DNA of 64,000 nucleotides. It comes from Raillietiella orientalis (taxonomy: Eukaryota). This document shows positions 26,331 to 37,700 of this stretch, in pieces (the stretch's first letter is position 1; the number at the start of each line of letters is the position of its first letter). The stretch lies in assembly GCA_036172245.1 (NCBI GenBank), contig JAYWIR010000021.1, positions 1,550,001-1,614,000 on the forward strand, written 5' to 3'. Position numbers and translations under genes: made by a program. The notes under the pieces were generated by a model that made no database searches, was not told the origin of the DNA, and saw only the letters and a program-made list of their open reading frames with translations.

Positions 26331-26448
26331 TGACGGAAAGTTCTGGAATTTTCTCTCGCTTCCTCCTCAATCCAAAAGGTTATGTGACGAGGGATGACGA
26401 AATGACTTAAGAGTTTCAGTTCGCGCGCGCGGACGGAGGGAAGGAGGG
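26331..26448 (+). repeat. Copy 2 of duplicated non-coding module
   Basis: TGACGGAAagTTCTGGAATTTTCTCT ... ACGAGGGaTGACGAAATG ... CGCGCGCGCGGA. Confidence 0.75.
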
Positions 26449-26847
26449 CCGAGGGAGACGTCGAAAGACACGCCTTCCCGTGATGCTTTCTGGGTTTCTT
26501 CTTTTCTTTAAGGGCAATAAAGGGAAGAGGATGAACTTTCCTTTGTTTCCCCTTACCTCTGGGATGGATTTCCGCGCCCGATGGAGCTCGGGCCCTTCTG
26601 CAGCCTGTCCCTCTTCTGAAGGAAACGCAGGAAGAGGGCGGGGGCGCGGTTGCTCCGACGGGTCCAGGGATGTCCGCAGCGGCACGCGGGGGGGGGGGGG
26701 GGGATATGCCGGGCCATCCACGCCGGGGCAGCAGCCGGCCCCTCTCTGCTCGCGAGCACGATACCAACGGCGACCGCGGTTCCCGCTGGCCTGCTGCTTG
26801 GTGCTGCCGTTGCCATCGAGGCAGCGAGTCCGGTAGCGGGGAAGGCG

Positions 26848-27224
26848 TGACGTCAGCGTTCGCACGCCACTGCTACCGCCGCGCGCGCGCGCGCGCCTAT
26901 TCGTTTGACGTTTTTTTTTTTTTTTTTTTGCCCTTCCTTTTTTGTGCCCCCCCCCCCCTTCCTCCCACCCCCCCTCCTCCTTGCATTTCCTTACGGCGCG
27001 CGATGAGGCGTCGGTGGCAACGCGCGCGCGTCGCTTCCGCGCCGTGCGTCAGCGGATTTCTCGAGGAAACGGAGCGCGCGTGCCATCCCGGAACGTCCTC
27101 TGCGGCGGCAGCAAGGTGCGTGGGAAAAAAGGGGGCGGGGATGGGTGGGTGGGAAGAGGAAAAGGCGTGGAGCGGTCCAGCAATGGGAATTTCAGCCCCG
27201 CGCCTCCTCGGATTGGCCGGGCGG
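26848..27224 (+). promoter_or_regulatory. Candidate CpG-rich promoter region of the FGF gene
   Basis: Perfect CRE TGACGTCA 26848-26855, kB-like GGGAATTTC 27185-27193, reverse CCAAT (ATTGG) 27212-27216 next to GC box GGGCGG 27219-27224, about 1.1 kb upstream of the FGF ATG. No TSS evidence. Confidence 0.35.
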
Positions 27225-27860
27225 GAGGGTGGTTTCGCAGGGGAGTGCGATGACCTTTCCGTGGGAGACCCAAGTCGTACCTCCGGGTGAGCGCGTGCCC
27301 CGTCCCGTCCCGACTTCCTCCCCAAGTAAAACCACCACGCCCGTCCGTGTCGGTCGCCGCCCGCCTTCGACCGCCGGCGACGTGGTGCACGGTGGCGGCG
27401 GCCTGCGAGGACGCGGCAGCCGCGGCCGGAGGGACGGCTCGCGGAAAGCTGCGCGGTCGCTGCCGGGGAGTGATCTCGTCGCTTGGGAGGAAACGGCTCC
27501 CCCCCTTACCTCCTCCCTTGCCTACCCGCTCCTCCGGAGTCCGTCCAGCTCCCGCCCCACCCTCTCCTCTTGCTCCCTTCTTCCTTGGCTGGCACCTTGC
27601 CGCCTCCGCCGCCTGCGGATGGACGCCGTCCCTGCTCCTGCGGCACCGCGCGTGTCCCGTCCTCCCTGGAGCGACGCGCGGCCACGTTTTCAATCGGATT
27701 CGCCCGCCCGTCCGCCCGCCCGCTCATTCCGCCGGGTAGGAATGACGAATTGACAGCCCCCGCGGAGGTTGCGCGCGCGCGAACCGTTCAGTCGCGTTGG
27801 TTGCCGGCAGCATCGGATCGCCGCCGGTGCTTCTTTTGATTCCCCCCCCCTTCTCTCCCC

Positions 27861-27922
27861 CTCCTCCTCCTCCTCCTCCTCCTTTCTCTCCTCTTTTTTG
27901 TTCGTCGTCGTCGTCGTCGCCA

Positions 27923-27963
<41 letters not shown>

Positions 27964-28036
27964 ACCACCTCTGCCGCCCCCGTCCTCGTCGTCGTCGTCG
28001 TCCTCGTCGTCGTCGTCGTCCTCGTCGCCGCCGCAT

Positions 28037-28074
<38 letters not shown>

Positions 28075-28077
28075 GCC

Positions 28078-28130
<53 letters not shown>

Positions 28131-28163
28131 AGCCGCAGCCGCCGCAGTCGCCGCCGCCGCAGC
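27861..28163. repeat. Compound trinucleotide repeat (TCC)n/(GTC)n/(GCC)n/(CAG)n
   Basis: Direct inspection; 150-450 nt upstream of the FGF start codon. Confidence 0.95.
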
Positions 28164-28315
28164 CGTTCGCGGGCGAGGATTTTCCCTCCCCCTTCCGGCT
28201 TCCTCCTCCTCCCTCTCCTCCTCCCTCTCCTCCTCCCACTCCGTCCGTCCTTCCCTCCCTCCCGCCTCATCCCTCGCTCCCAGAGGGCTCCCATGCGAGC
28301 GGGGGGCCGGCGGTC

Positions 28316-28580
28316 ATGACACGGCGTCGCTCCGCCTCTCCGCTCCTTTCCTCCCTCGTCCTGCCGCTGTGCGCGCTGGCGCTCGCCTGCCTCTGCGACA
28401 AGACGTGCAGGCAGCCGGGCCACGGCTCGGCCTTCCCCTGCGGGTTCCACAGCTCCCTGGGCGCCGACCAGGCGTACCTCCTCCTCTGCAACTCCCACAG
28501 GCTCAGCGCCATCCGGCTCGCGGGCGCCAGGAACATCTCCGCCACCGTCCTCAAGAAGAAGACCACGCTGGACGAGTTCT
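28316..28580 (+). CDS. FGF: FGF exon 1 (signal peptide and first beta-strands)
   Basis: gtcATGA start; donor T|GTGAGT at 28581; third codon positions almost all G/C. Confidence 0.75.
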
Positions 28581-31500
28581 GTGAGTCCCATTTTTTTTTT
28601 TTTTCTCTTCTTTTTTCTCCTTCTTCTTCCTTCCTCTTCCCTCCTTCCCTCCCCCTTTCGCCTTCGCTCCTCTTCCCGTTCTTTTCCCCCCTTTGCTCCG
28701 GTTTTTCGTTTTTCCCGCTCTTCTTCTCCCCTCTTCCGGGTTCCGCTTCCTTCCCTCCTGCCTCGCTCGCACAGCCGTCCTCCTCCTCCGCTCCTTCTCG
28801 CCCGGGCGGTGCCCCGGGAAATAGGGGGGGGGGGGGGGACGGCGATGTGGATCTCTGCACGAGAACGCAAGGACGACGGACGACGAAGAAGGAGCAGAGG
28901 ATGAGGAAGGTCCACGTCGGAGGAGATGGCGCGTGCGCATAAGTGGCTGCCCCATCATACGCCGCGGAGGCTGAATCAAGAAAGCAGGGGGAGGAGGAGG
29001 AGGAGGAGGGGGGGGAGGAGGAGGAGAGGAGAAATCGATCCATCCGCAAGGCTGCGCGCGCTCGGGGATTTCCCGCGTTCGCTGGAGGGAAGCAAAGAGG
29101 AGGAGGAGGAGGAGGAGGAAAAGAACACGTCGTGAAGTCTCCCCTCCCCGCTTCCTCCTTGCTTCCCACCGTTCCTCCCTTTTTCTCCCTTCGAAATTTT
29201 CCTCCTCCTCCTCCCGGACGGATTCGGCGGCGGCAGTGTGCCACGCGCGCTCGGGCGTTGCACGCAACACAGGGAGAATGCGCGGAGTCTGCCACCTCCC
29301 TCTTCCTTCCCCTCCTCCTCTCCCTGCCGTGCTCTCTCCTCCTCCTTCCACCGAAGCCTTACCCCCGAGATACGAGACGCCGTCTGCTCCGCAGTCTCTC
29401 CCTCACGCGCGGAGGAAGAGGACGTGCGCGCGTGCGCGCGCGTTCCGTGTCCCATGGACCGCTCCAGCAGCCCACCGATTGATCTGCTGTCCGCTGGGGA
29501 CCGATAAATCAGCGGCTTATCGTTCCACGTCCGACAGCTTCGTCGTCCTCTGGCGACCGCATCCCGGTCGGTCGCATTGTTCGCGCGCGCGCGCGCGTGC
29601 GAGCCGAGCTCAGTGAACGAGCGCTCCCGCCCGCTCCACCCTCTCCTACCCCATCCCGTTGCCAGCGGAGAAGCCGCCGCCGCCGCTTCGACATCCGGCG
29701 GCGGCGGCGGCGGCGGTGACGGGCAAACGCCTGCTGTCTCTCCCTCCCTCCCTCCCTCCCTCCCTCCCTCCCTTCCTCCCGTCCGTCCCTCCCTCCCCCT
29801 CCCCCGCTGCCGGAGGAAGGACACGCAGCAGTCCGAAAGGAGGAAAGCGTCCTCGGAACTCCCGGAGCGAACGGGGGAAGGGGGAGGGAAAGTGCCCCGC
29901 AGGAGGAGGAGGAGGGCGAGCGGCTGGCCACCCCGCTCATCCCCCTTTGACCGTCGTTTACACCCCCCTTCCATCTTCGCGAGGAGTTGGGATGAGGGGC
30001 TGCTGCAGGTCTTCCGGGCACCGCCGCCCTCCCTCTGCTAGGGGGGATTCGCCCTCTGCCGCCGACGGTCGCCGAGCGGGCAGGAGAGCAGGGAAAGGAG
30101 ATTGGGGAGAGAGACGAGGGGCGCAACGAGCCTTCAGAGGGGCTCATTCCCTGCTTCCTTTCCTCTCGGGCTGCTGCATGCCCTCCGGAACCCCTCCGTC
30201 TGTCCCCTTCCTTCCTGGCGACCGAGGAAGCGTTCAGGTCCCCCCCCCCCACCCCACCCCACCTCCCATCATCCCCTTTCCCCTGTTGGCAGTGTTTCGT
30301 GCGCCCCTCGTCAAGCACGGCGGCAGGGCGGAGTGGGGGGCACGAGGGCTGCCTCTTTTCCCTCTTTCGTGCGTGCGCGGCACCACCGCGTCCTACGATG
30401 AGGAAGGGGTGAAGGGAGAGAGGACAGACTCCAGGAGCACGCGCGTGTGCGCTTCCCTGCTCGAGAGGGCGACTCTGCCGTCCTTCCACGGAGACCTTTG
30501 CGTGCTTCCCCCTCTCTCCCGTCTCGCCGTGTGCCTCGAGGCGGCAGCGACGGTGGAGGAGAAGGGACCGCGCGCAACACGAGCAGGTGATCGTATTGCG
30601 CGCGCGGTGGAGAGGATGAGCTGCGCGCCCTCCGCCTTCTCCAGTGGGGACGGCGGCGCTCCTCCCCCGTACTCCTCAAGCCTTCCCCTTGCACCCGGGT
30701 CACCGTCACAAACCCCCCCCCCCCCCCTCTCAAGCCTTCCCCGTGGGTTTTTTTTTTTTTTTCTTTTGCTCTCCCCGCCGAGAGGACCGCGGGATCCATC
30801 CAGGACGGGAAGGAATGGGAACGGGAAGAGAATGCGCGTCGCAGCTTCACCTGGCGGGAGCAGCGACGGCCCTTCCGAAAAGTCGGCGGAGAGCGACGTG
30901 CCCGCCTTCGCTTCCCGAACCCCTTGGCGCTCAAAGGTCCTTCCCGCGCTCTTCGCTGACGACATCCCTCGAAAGTCGTCGCGACGCCCGCTGTGGGCGA
31001 TCCGTGGAAAAGGAGGGATGGGTCGGAGAGGGAGAGCAGCAGCAGTCCCGTCCTCCTCGAGTTCCCGCCGGTTGCTCGCTCCAACGCACGCGGAGGGAGA
31101 GGCGTGTGGTGGCACGGCACCGTACGCCTCTCCCTCCGCGTGCGTTCAAGGGAGTGGCTGCAGCGAGGGGGGGGGGGGGGATCATCCCTTCCCCCTTTTC
31201 ACGGGGCGTGCCTGAACAGAGAACGAGCCGGAAAGGCGTGGGACTGCCGGACGGCAGCCCGCGCGACGGTGGCGGCGGCGCCGGCGCAACGCGTATGCAG
31301 GAAACGGTCGAACCACGTGCCGTTTCCAGGAGACGAAGCTGCGATGCGCGCCTCTCCTGCCTCTGCCGTTTCCTTCTCCCTCCCTCCCCCTTCCCATCTT
31401 CTTTCTCCGTCCGTCTCCGCGTTCCGAGTCGATCCCGCCAGCACGAACCGATAGATCGGACCCGGTCGGCGCTGTGCCTCCCCGTTCACGGCCACTGCGA

Positions 31501-31626
31501 GCCCGGTGACTCGTGCCCGGCTCTTCTTCCGACGAGGCCACGACCATCGCCCGCCCCCGACGCCGCTTGCGGAATTCTTTCCATGGCTGCAGCGATTTTT
31601 CCTTTTCTCTTTTCTCCTCCTCCTCC

Positions 31627-31665
<39 letters not shown>

Positions 31666-31714
31666 GGGGGTTCCCCCATCGTTCGTGAGCGTTTTTTGTT
31701 CGCCTTGCAGGAGT

Positions 31715-31797
<83 letters not shown>

Positions 31798-34700
31798 CCC
31801 GCTTGCTTGGCGGACCCCCCCCCCCTCCGGGAGGTATTTTTCGTCGAAGAACGCCCCCCCCGTACGCTCTGCGCCCGCCTTAACGAAATGACGGCTCCGT
31901 CGCGCGCGGCGATTTGCCAGTTGTCGGCAGGTGTCGGTGGCATCAATCGATGACGGCGGTGACGTCCGTTACGCAAGGAGGCTCGCAGCAGTCCATCTCG
32001 TTTGGCAGTTCCCTTTTGCCTGCTCGGAGCCCGCGGCTGTCTTGCACCGCGCACTGGTGGCGCCGCTGCCTCAGAGACTGGCGAGCGGGCACCGTAGGTG
32101 GACCGGCAGCGCGACTCCATCCATCCCCTGTCGTTGCCACCCCGCGCTCGCCGTCTCCCCTCTTCCCTGCCACCTCCGCCGCCGCAACGCTGCCCCCATC
32201 CGCAGCCCCCTGCAGCTGCAGCTCGGCTGGGATCGCTGGTGCTCTGTGCCTGCTCTTCTGCGCGTCGTCCCCAGAGCTGCTTGGAGCGCACGCGTCCCGC
32301 CCACGCTCGGCCGCGAGGGGTCCTCGGAGGGGGAGGAGGACTCAGGACGAGGAGAACAAGGTCGGTTTCGAAGTGCGCCCGACCTGAGAGCTGTCTCCTT
32401 TCGCAATGGGGGCGCGGGGGGCAGCCTACTGAACAGTTCCCCGGGGAAACACGGGCCTGCCTAATTGTCCCGGAAGTATTCGTTGCGGACCCCGGGGGAC
32501 ACTGCTGTCACCGGATGGCATCTTCAGTGTTACAGTGATGGGCGCACCGCTGCTGCTTGCCGAGTGGGAGCGGAGTGGGATGCAGGGAACGGCGGACGGA
32601 GCAGTCGCTGCTGTCCCGAAGAGCAGAGAAGGAACCTCGCTCGTGTTGCGGGAGAAGGGGGAAGCCATGCCGCGGGTCTCCGGGATGGACCTCCCCAGCG
32701 AAGATAGGGGGACGAGTCGGGGAGCGGGCAATTTCCCGTCTTCCTACCTCCTTCCTCCCGTTTCCCGTTCGGCGACACTGCCCCTTCGGCGGGATGTTCC
32801 GCAGACGCCCTCTGATCCCACAGAGGCCTCGAGGTGCGGACGGAGCGAACTCTTCGCGCATTCGAGTGGGGAAGGAGACAGTGGGAGAGGAAAGGGGAAG
32901 ACGGGGGGGTGATGGTAACCCAAGACCGAAGGCGATCGGCGCGCTGCGCCGCTCTCTCCACGACGAACTCGGGGGAGGGGGGGGGGGGAAGAAGAAGAAG
33001 AAGAAGAAGAAGAAGAAGAAGAAGAAGAAGAAAGAAAGCAAGCAGCAGAAGGAGGAGGAAGAAGAGGAAGGAAACACGACGCCCGCTGCATTGTTCTTGA
33101 AGACTGTCCGAGACGACCCCTCGTGCGCACGCGAGCGAGCGCGCGTCGCGGAACGTCCCGGCGGGTTTTTCAGCCGCGTTCTCTTTCGCCGTCTCCTCCG
33201 ACAGCTCCCCCTTTCGCGCGCGGCGGCGGAAGCGGCGACGGCGCCTGCGTGATCAACGGCGAGCACGTGGATGCGAGGAGGAGGAGGAGGGGGGGAGAGA
33301 CGGGGTAGAGAGGGGGGAGATGCGAGTGCGCAGCAGCGAAGGCGGCTGGGCGCAGGCAGGCAGGACCGGCGGCAGCGATTGGGAAACCCGAGATGGCCAA
33401 CCGCGACGACCGACAACGACCCTTTTGGCTGCGGATGCCTGCAGCCGAGCGCGCGCTGGCGGCGGCAGTCGCGAGGTGTCCGAGGGAACGTTCGGGCGCT
33501 GGCGGGAAGAAGGGGAGAGGGAGGAAGAGGAGGATAGTAGCGACGAGAGGTCGCCTTCCTTCCTGCTTCTCTGCTCTTTCTTTCTCTCCCTTCCCGGATC
33601 GGAAGACAGAGAGAGACCTCGGGGCTGGACTATGGAAGAAGCCACCCCTCCGTTTCTGCTTTCGGGTGACCATAGTCGTGCGTCCAGATCATCCGGGGAC
33701 AGTCCATCCGCCACCCTTCGGCCTGCCCACCCCCTTCTTTCCTCGCCGGCTTCCCGTTTAGCCTGCCCCCACCGGTCTCGGACTCGCGCGGCACACAGCC
33801 TCTGGTCCCGAGCATTTCCCTTCAGAGTGCGCTCGCTTTCAAGGGAGCAGCAAGGGCGCCGCCGTCAACGACAGCTTCCTTCCTTGGGCAGGCGAGAGCT
33901 GTTCCATCCTTCTGGCTATGTTTTCCCCTTGACAAATACCGGATGGATAGGAAGGAAGAAGGTGGGGAAGAAGCGGAGTAGGAGCAGCCTCTTCTGTATG
34001 GATGTGTTCGCCTCCTTACACTGAAGGCGGGTGCTCCGGGCCGAAAGGCGGCGTCCCGCACTCTTCTCTGGAACCGCTCCCGGGAGTGAGGGTGGCAGCT
34101 TTGCTCCTCATCCCATCGCACGCAATGCGGAGCCAGGACATGCTCTCGTTCTGGGTTTCCGGCCTCAGCCGGAAGAGCGACCAGGAAACGAGGGATCCGT
34201 GAGGAAGAGCGAAGGGTTCGTGAGGGTTCCACCCCTCCTCCATCTCCTCCATCTAAACTCCCGTAGGCGCCTGGCCACTCGACTCCGCACAGCTGTCACG
34301 TTTCCTCCCCCCTCTAGTGCTCCTGGGTGCGCACGTGCCACTCTGCTCCTGCAACGAGTCGCTTCGCGTGCGGCTGGAATGGCCGCGTTCGTCGAGAACT
34401 CGCCCATTCCCGAGTGAGTCGCAGCCGGAAGGATCCATGGAGGAAGAGCTCTCTGCAGCTGTGCCTTCGTCGGGGAAAGGGGGAGGGGGGATCAAAGAAC
34501 GGCAGCAGCCAGCACCTAAAGATACCGTCGCCTTCTCTCCCCTTCCTTCCCCTCCCGCCTTTTTGATGCTATGGAAGACTCGTGCCTTCAGGCAGAGTGG
34601 AGGACCGTACCTACGTCTTCCCTTCTTCTTCTTCCCCTTCTTTTTTTATTCTGCTGCGGAAAACTCTTGTAGACATCCCTACTGGTGGAGGCGCCGAGTC

Positions 34701-37700
34701 CACCAGCAGAGGCGGCAATATGAAACCGTCGGGAAGGACGCAGAGCCGTGACTCCGTTCTGGTCGACAGAGAAGGGGCGAGAGGGAAGGGGGCGGCGCAC
34801 GTTTCTCCCTGAGTAAAGATCCCTTCGTCCCAGAGGTGGGAGAAGCTGATCCAGAAGAGGTTCCGCAGAGACGACGACGCCCATGAGCAGGGCTTCTCGC
34901 GCGCCCCACCTCGCCGCCGTCGTCTCCGTGCTCGTCTTCGTTGCCAACGGCTACGCCTTCCCCTTCTCGCGCCCGTTGAGAAGGGGGCACGTCCCTCATG
35001 GGACGATTGTTCTTCAATCCTAAAATGGAAGGAAAGAGGGAGATGAAGGTTCGTCTCCTCCCGGCACCCTCAAGGCCCCCGCGTCCCCTCAGCAGACAAT
35101 GGGAGAGGACAGAAAGCAGAGCGCTTCTTCCGAGGCATGAGGGAGCGGAAAAGGCGGTGCTCCCGCATAGAGGAGACACGAGTCCACCTCATGCTCGCCG
35201 AGTGACGACAAGAGAACGGCGCGTGCGCCTCGAGGGGGGGGGGGATGATGTCATGGAAAGAGTGGATCGCCTAAAGGGGCACGGGCGCTCGAGTATAACG
35301 GAGAGAAGCGAGGATAGGATTGGAGGGCCCCCGCAGTCCTGTTTTATTGGCCCGATGGGGGAAGGGCAGGTGGGTCATTTTTTCTGCTATCCGGGTACAG
35401 GCGCGTGCGATCAGAGGGTCTGGAACAGAGAGAACGCGAGGAGAAGGGATCCGCAGCAGGGAACCTGACGAGAGGTGAGTGGCCGCGGCGTCAGCAGGAA
35501 GGAGAGAGAGAGAGCTCCCAAGGAGGAGTTACCATTCCGGCTTACCGTAGGGGGTGGAGGGGCGCAAATGGGGGATACTCCGAAGCCGGAGGAGATGAGG
35601 GCAGTGGGTCTCGGAAAGGAGGAAGGAGTGGTGCACCCTATTCTCCCCCCGGTAGGAGGCGAAGAGAAGACCCATCCTTCTCTCTGACCTTGTTTCTCAT
35701 CATAGCTGTGGTCCTTCCGGCAGGCCGAGGCGTAGGTCACCGCCGTCTTCGTCGTCGCGCGCTGCGGTTTCCTTGGGGGCGACGAGGAAGCAGTGGAGTC
35801 CTGACCTCCTCCCCTCCTTTCTCACTGCAGCCCTGCCACGCTTGTTCTCCGACAGGAGACCTGACTGGGCACCCGGCTGACTGAGGCGCTGACCGAGCAC
35901 CCTGCCAGACCTCCTTCCTGTCATGGTTCGCTGCCGTGTTTCTCGCTTCGGCAGGACCCGGAGAGCCATTCTTCTCACCCTTCTCGCTGCTGTAGCTCCC
36001 TATTTCTTACCCGAAGGCAGCAGATTTCGGCTGCTCCCTCCCCCAGTGCCTTTCCTTCTCTCGCCAGTGAGCTTCCGCAAAGGACGACTTCGAACGGTTC
36101 CAACACGGCTCCTCTTGCGGCCGGAGGGGCGTCAAGCTCTTTCCCCACGGAGAACGGAGCGCCAGCATGGGGAGGGGGAAGGGGGACAAAAGTTGCAGCC
36201 ACCCGCTCGCCTCTCTCCTCCCACTTCTCCTCTCCCCATCCCCTCACACGGTGACAGGCGCGCCAAGGAGGCGTCCGGATGCGCGCCATGCAATGGTTCT
36301 CGCTCATATGCACGCGTTCCATAGAGGTTTGTGGACACGCGTCTGCCTGCCTGTATCTTCCTCATTCCTTACCCTTTTCCCGTCCCTCTTTTCTTTTTTC
36401 TTTTGTTCCTCCTTTCCTTCCGCTGCCTCTGCGGACCGGGAGTTGACGTCGTCCGAACAGCGGAGTGCTTCCTGAAGAAATCTACCCTCTTACCGCACGT
36501 CTCTTCCCTCCTCCTTCAGGCTTCTTCCCGGATCGCTCCCGGACCCTCGGACGGAGAGGTGCTGCATCTCCCCTCTCCCCAGTTCCTCCCTTTCCCAGAA
36601 CGGGAAGGAGACTATCGTCTGCCGTCGCATCTGTCTCCGTCCATCGGGAGACACGCGTTGCCCTGCCCGCTTCTCCCGATGGACGAGGGAGAAGCCGATC
36701 TTCCTCGCATCTTGCCAGCGGATGAGAGACTCATCAGGCCGCCTCCGTTCTTGAGGCGCGCCCCTCTTCCCGGCTTGCGCCAGCATCCGAAGCCGCGAGG
36801 CAGTAGGCGGGCGGGCTCATGAGTCACGGCTGCTTCCAGAGGCCGTCTTGATTGCATGTGCGAGTGGGATTTTGTGCCTTCTTCCTTGCCTACGCTGGCT
36901 CCTGGCGGTTTCTTTCGAGGGACTCTCCCTGCCCTGCTCTGGGAAGAGCGGAGGAAGGGGAAGGGGGAGGTTTCCTCAGAGCAGCCTCCGTTCACGGCGG
37001 GACGGGAACAATCTCCAGGAGTCTCCCGGGCCAGGTCCCTCTCCAAGCACTCCTTCCTTAATCCCACTTTTCCACTTCCCCCAGGCTCTCCCTGGCTCGC
37101 GGCAGAAACCGCGCACAGGAGAGGGGGATGCCGCCGCAAGCGCGGGCAGACGGGCGATCGTTGGCCCCTCCTCCCTCCGACCTGAACTCTCCTTCCGAAG
37201 GTCCACACGCCACTGTTCTTCTCTTCCAGATCTCTTTTACAAGTTCCAGTCCTTGCAGAGGGAGACTGGCGACTCCAGGCACAAGTACCGGTACGTCGTC
37301 CGCTTCTTCTCTCTGCCGCTGCGGCGTTACCTGTGCATGCGCAGCAACGGCAGCTTCTACTCCTCGGTAAGCCAGCGCAGTCAGGCGCTCGAGGCGACCC
37401 CCGAGCCGGAGCGGTCAGTCGGACGCGCGTGCAAGATGACCTCTCTCTTCCTTACCCTCCCGCTGCACGCGTCCTTCCTTCACCCGCGGCGGCGCCGGCG
37501 GCGAAGACTTTCTTCCTCGACCCGACCCATCCGCCAGTAGGCGGCCCACGGCGCTGCATCTCCTCCTCCAGCCTTCGGGAAGTGCAGAGGCTTCCTCGAG
37601 GGAGTTTGGCCGAGCCTTTGCTCTCCTACCCCTTCCCCTTTTCTTCCTTCCGGAGAGGTGATAGGAGGGGACGACAGGCTCTCCTCCTCCCCGCCCACCC

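Noticed and set aside
29659..31891. Very long ORFs (518 aa, 415 aa and similar overlapping ORFs across 14-40 kb)
   Set aside because: Low-complexity translations crossing homopolymers and microsatellites in several frames; stop scarcity is explained by high GC; no domain motifs.
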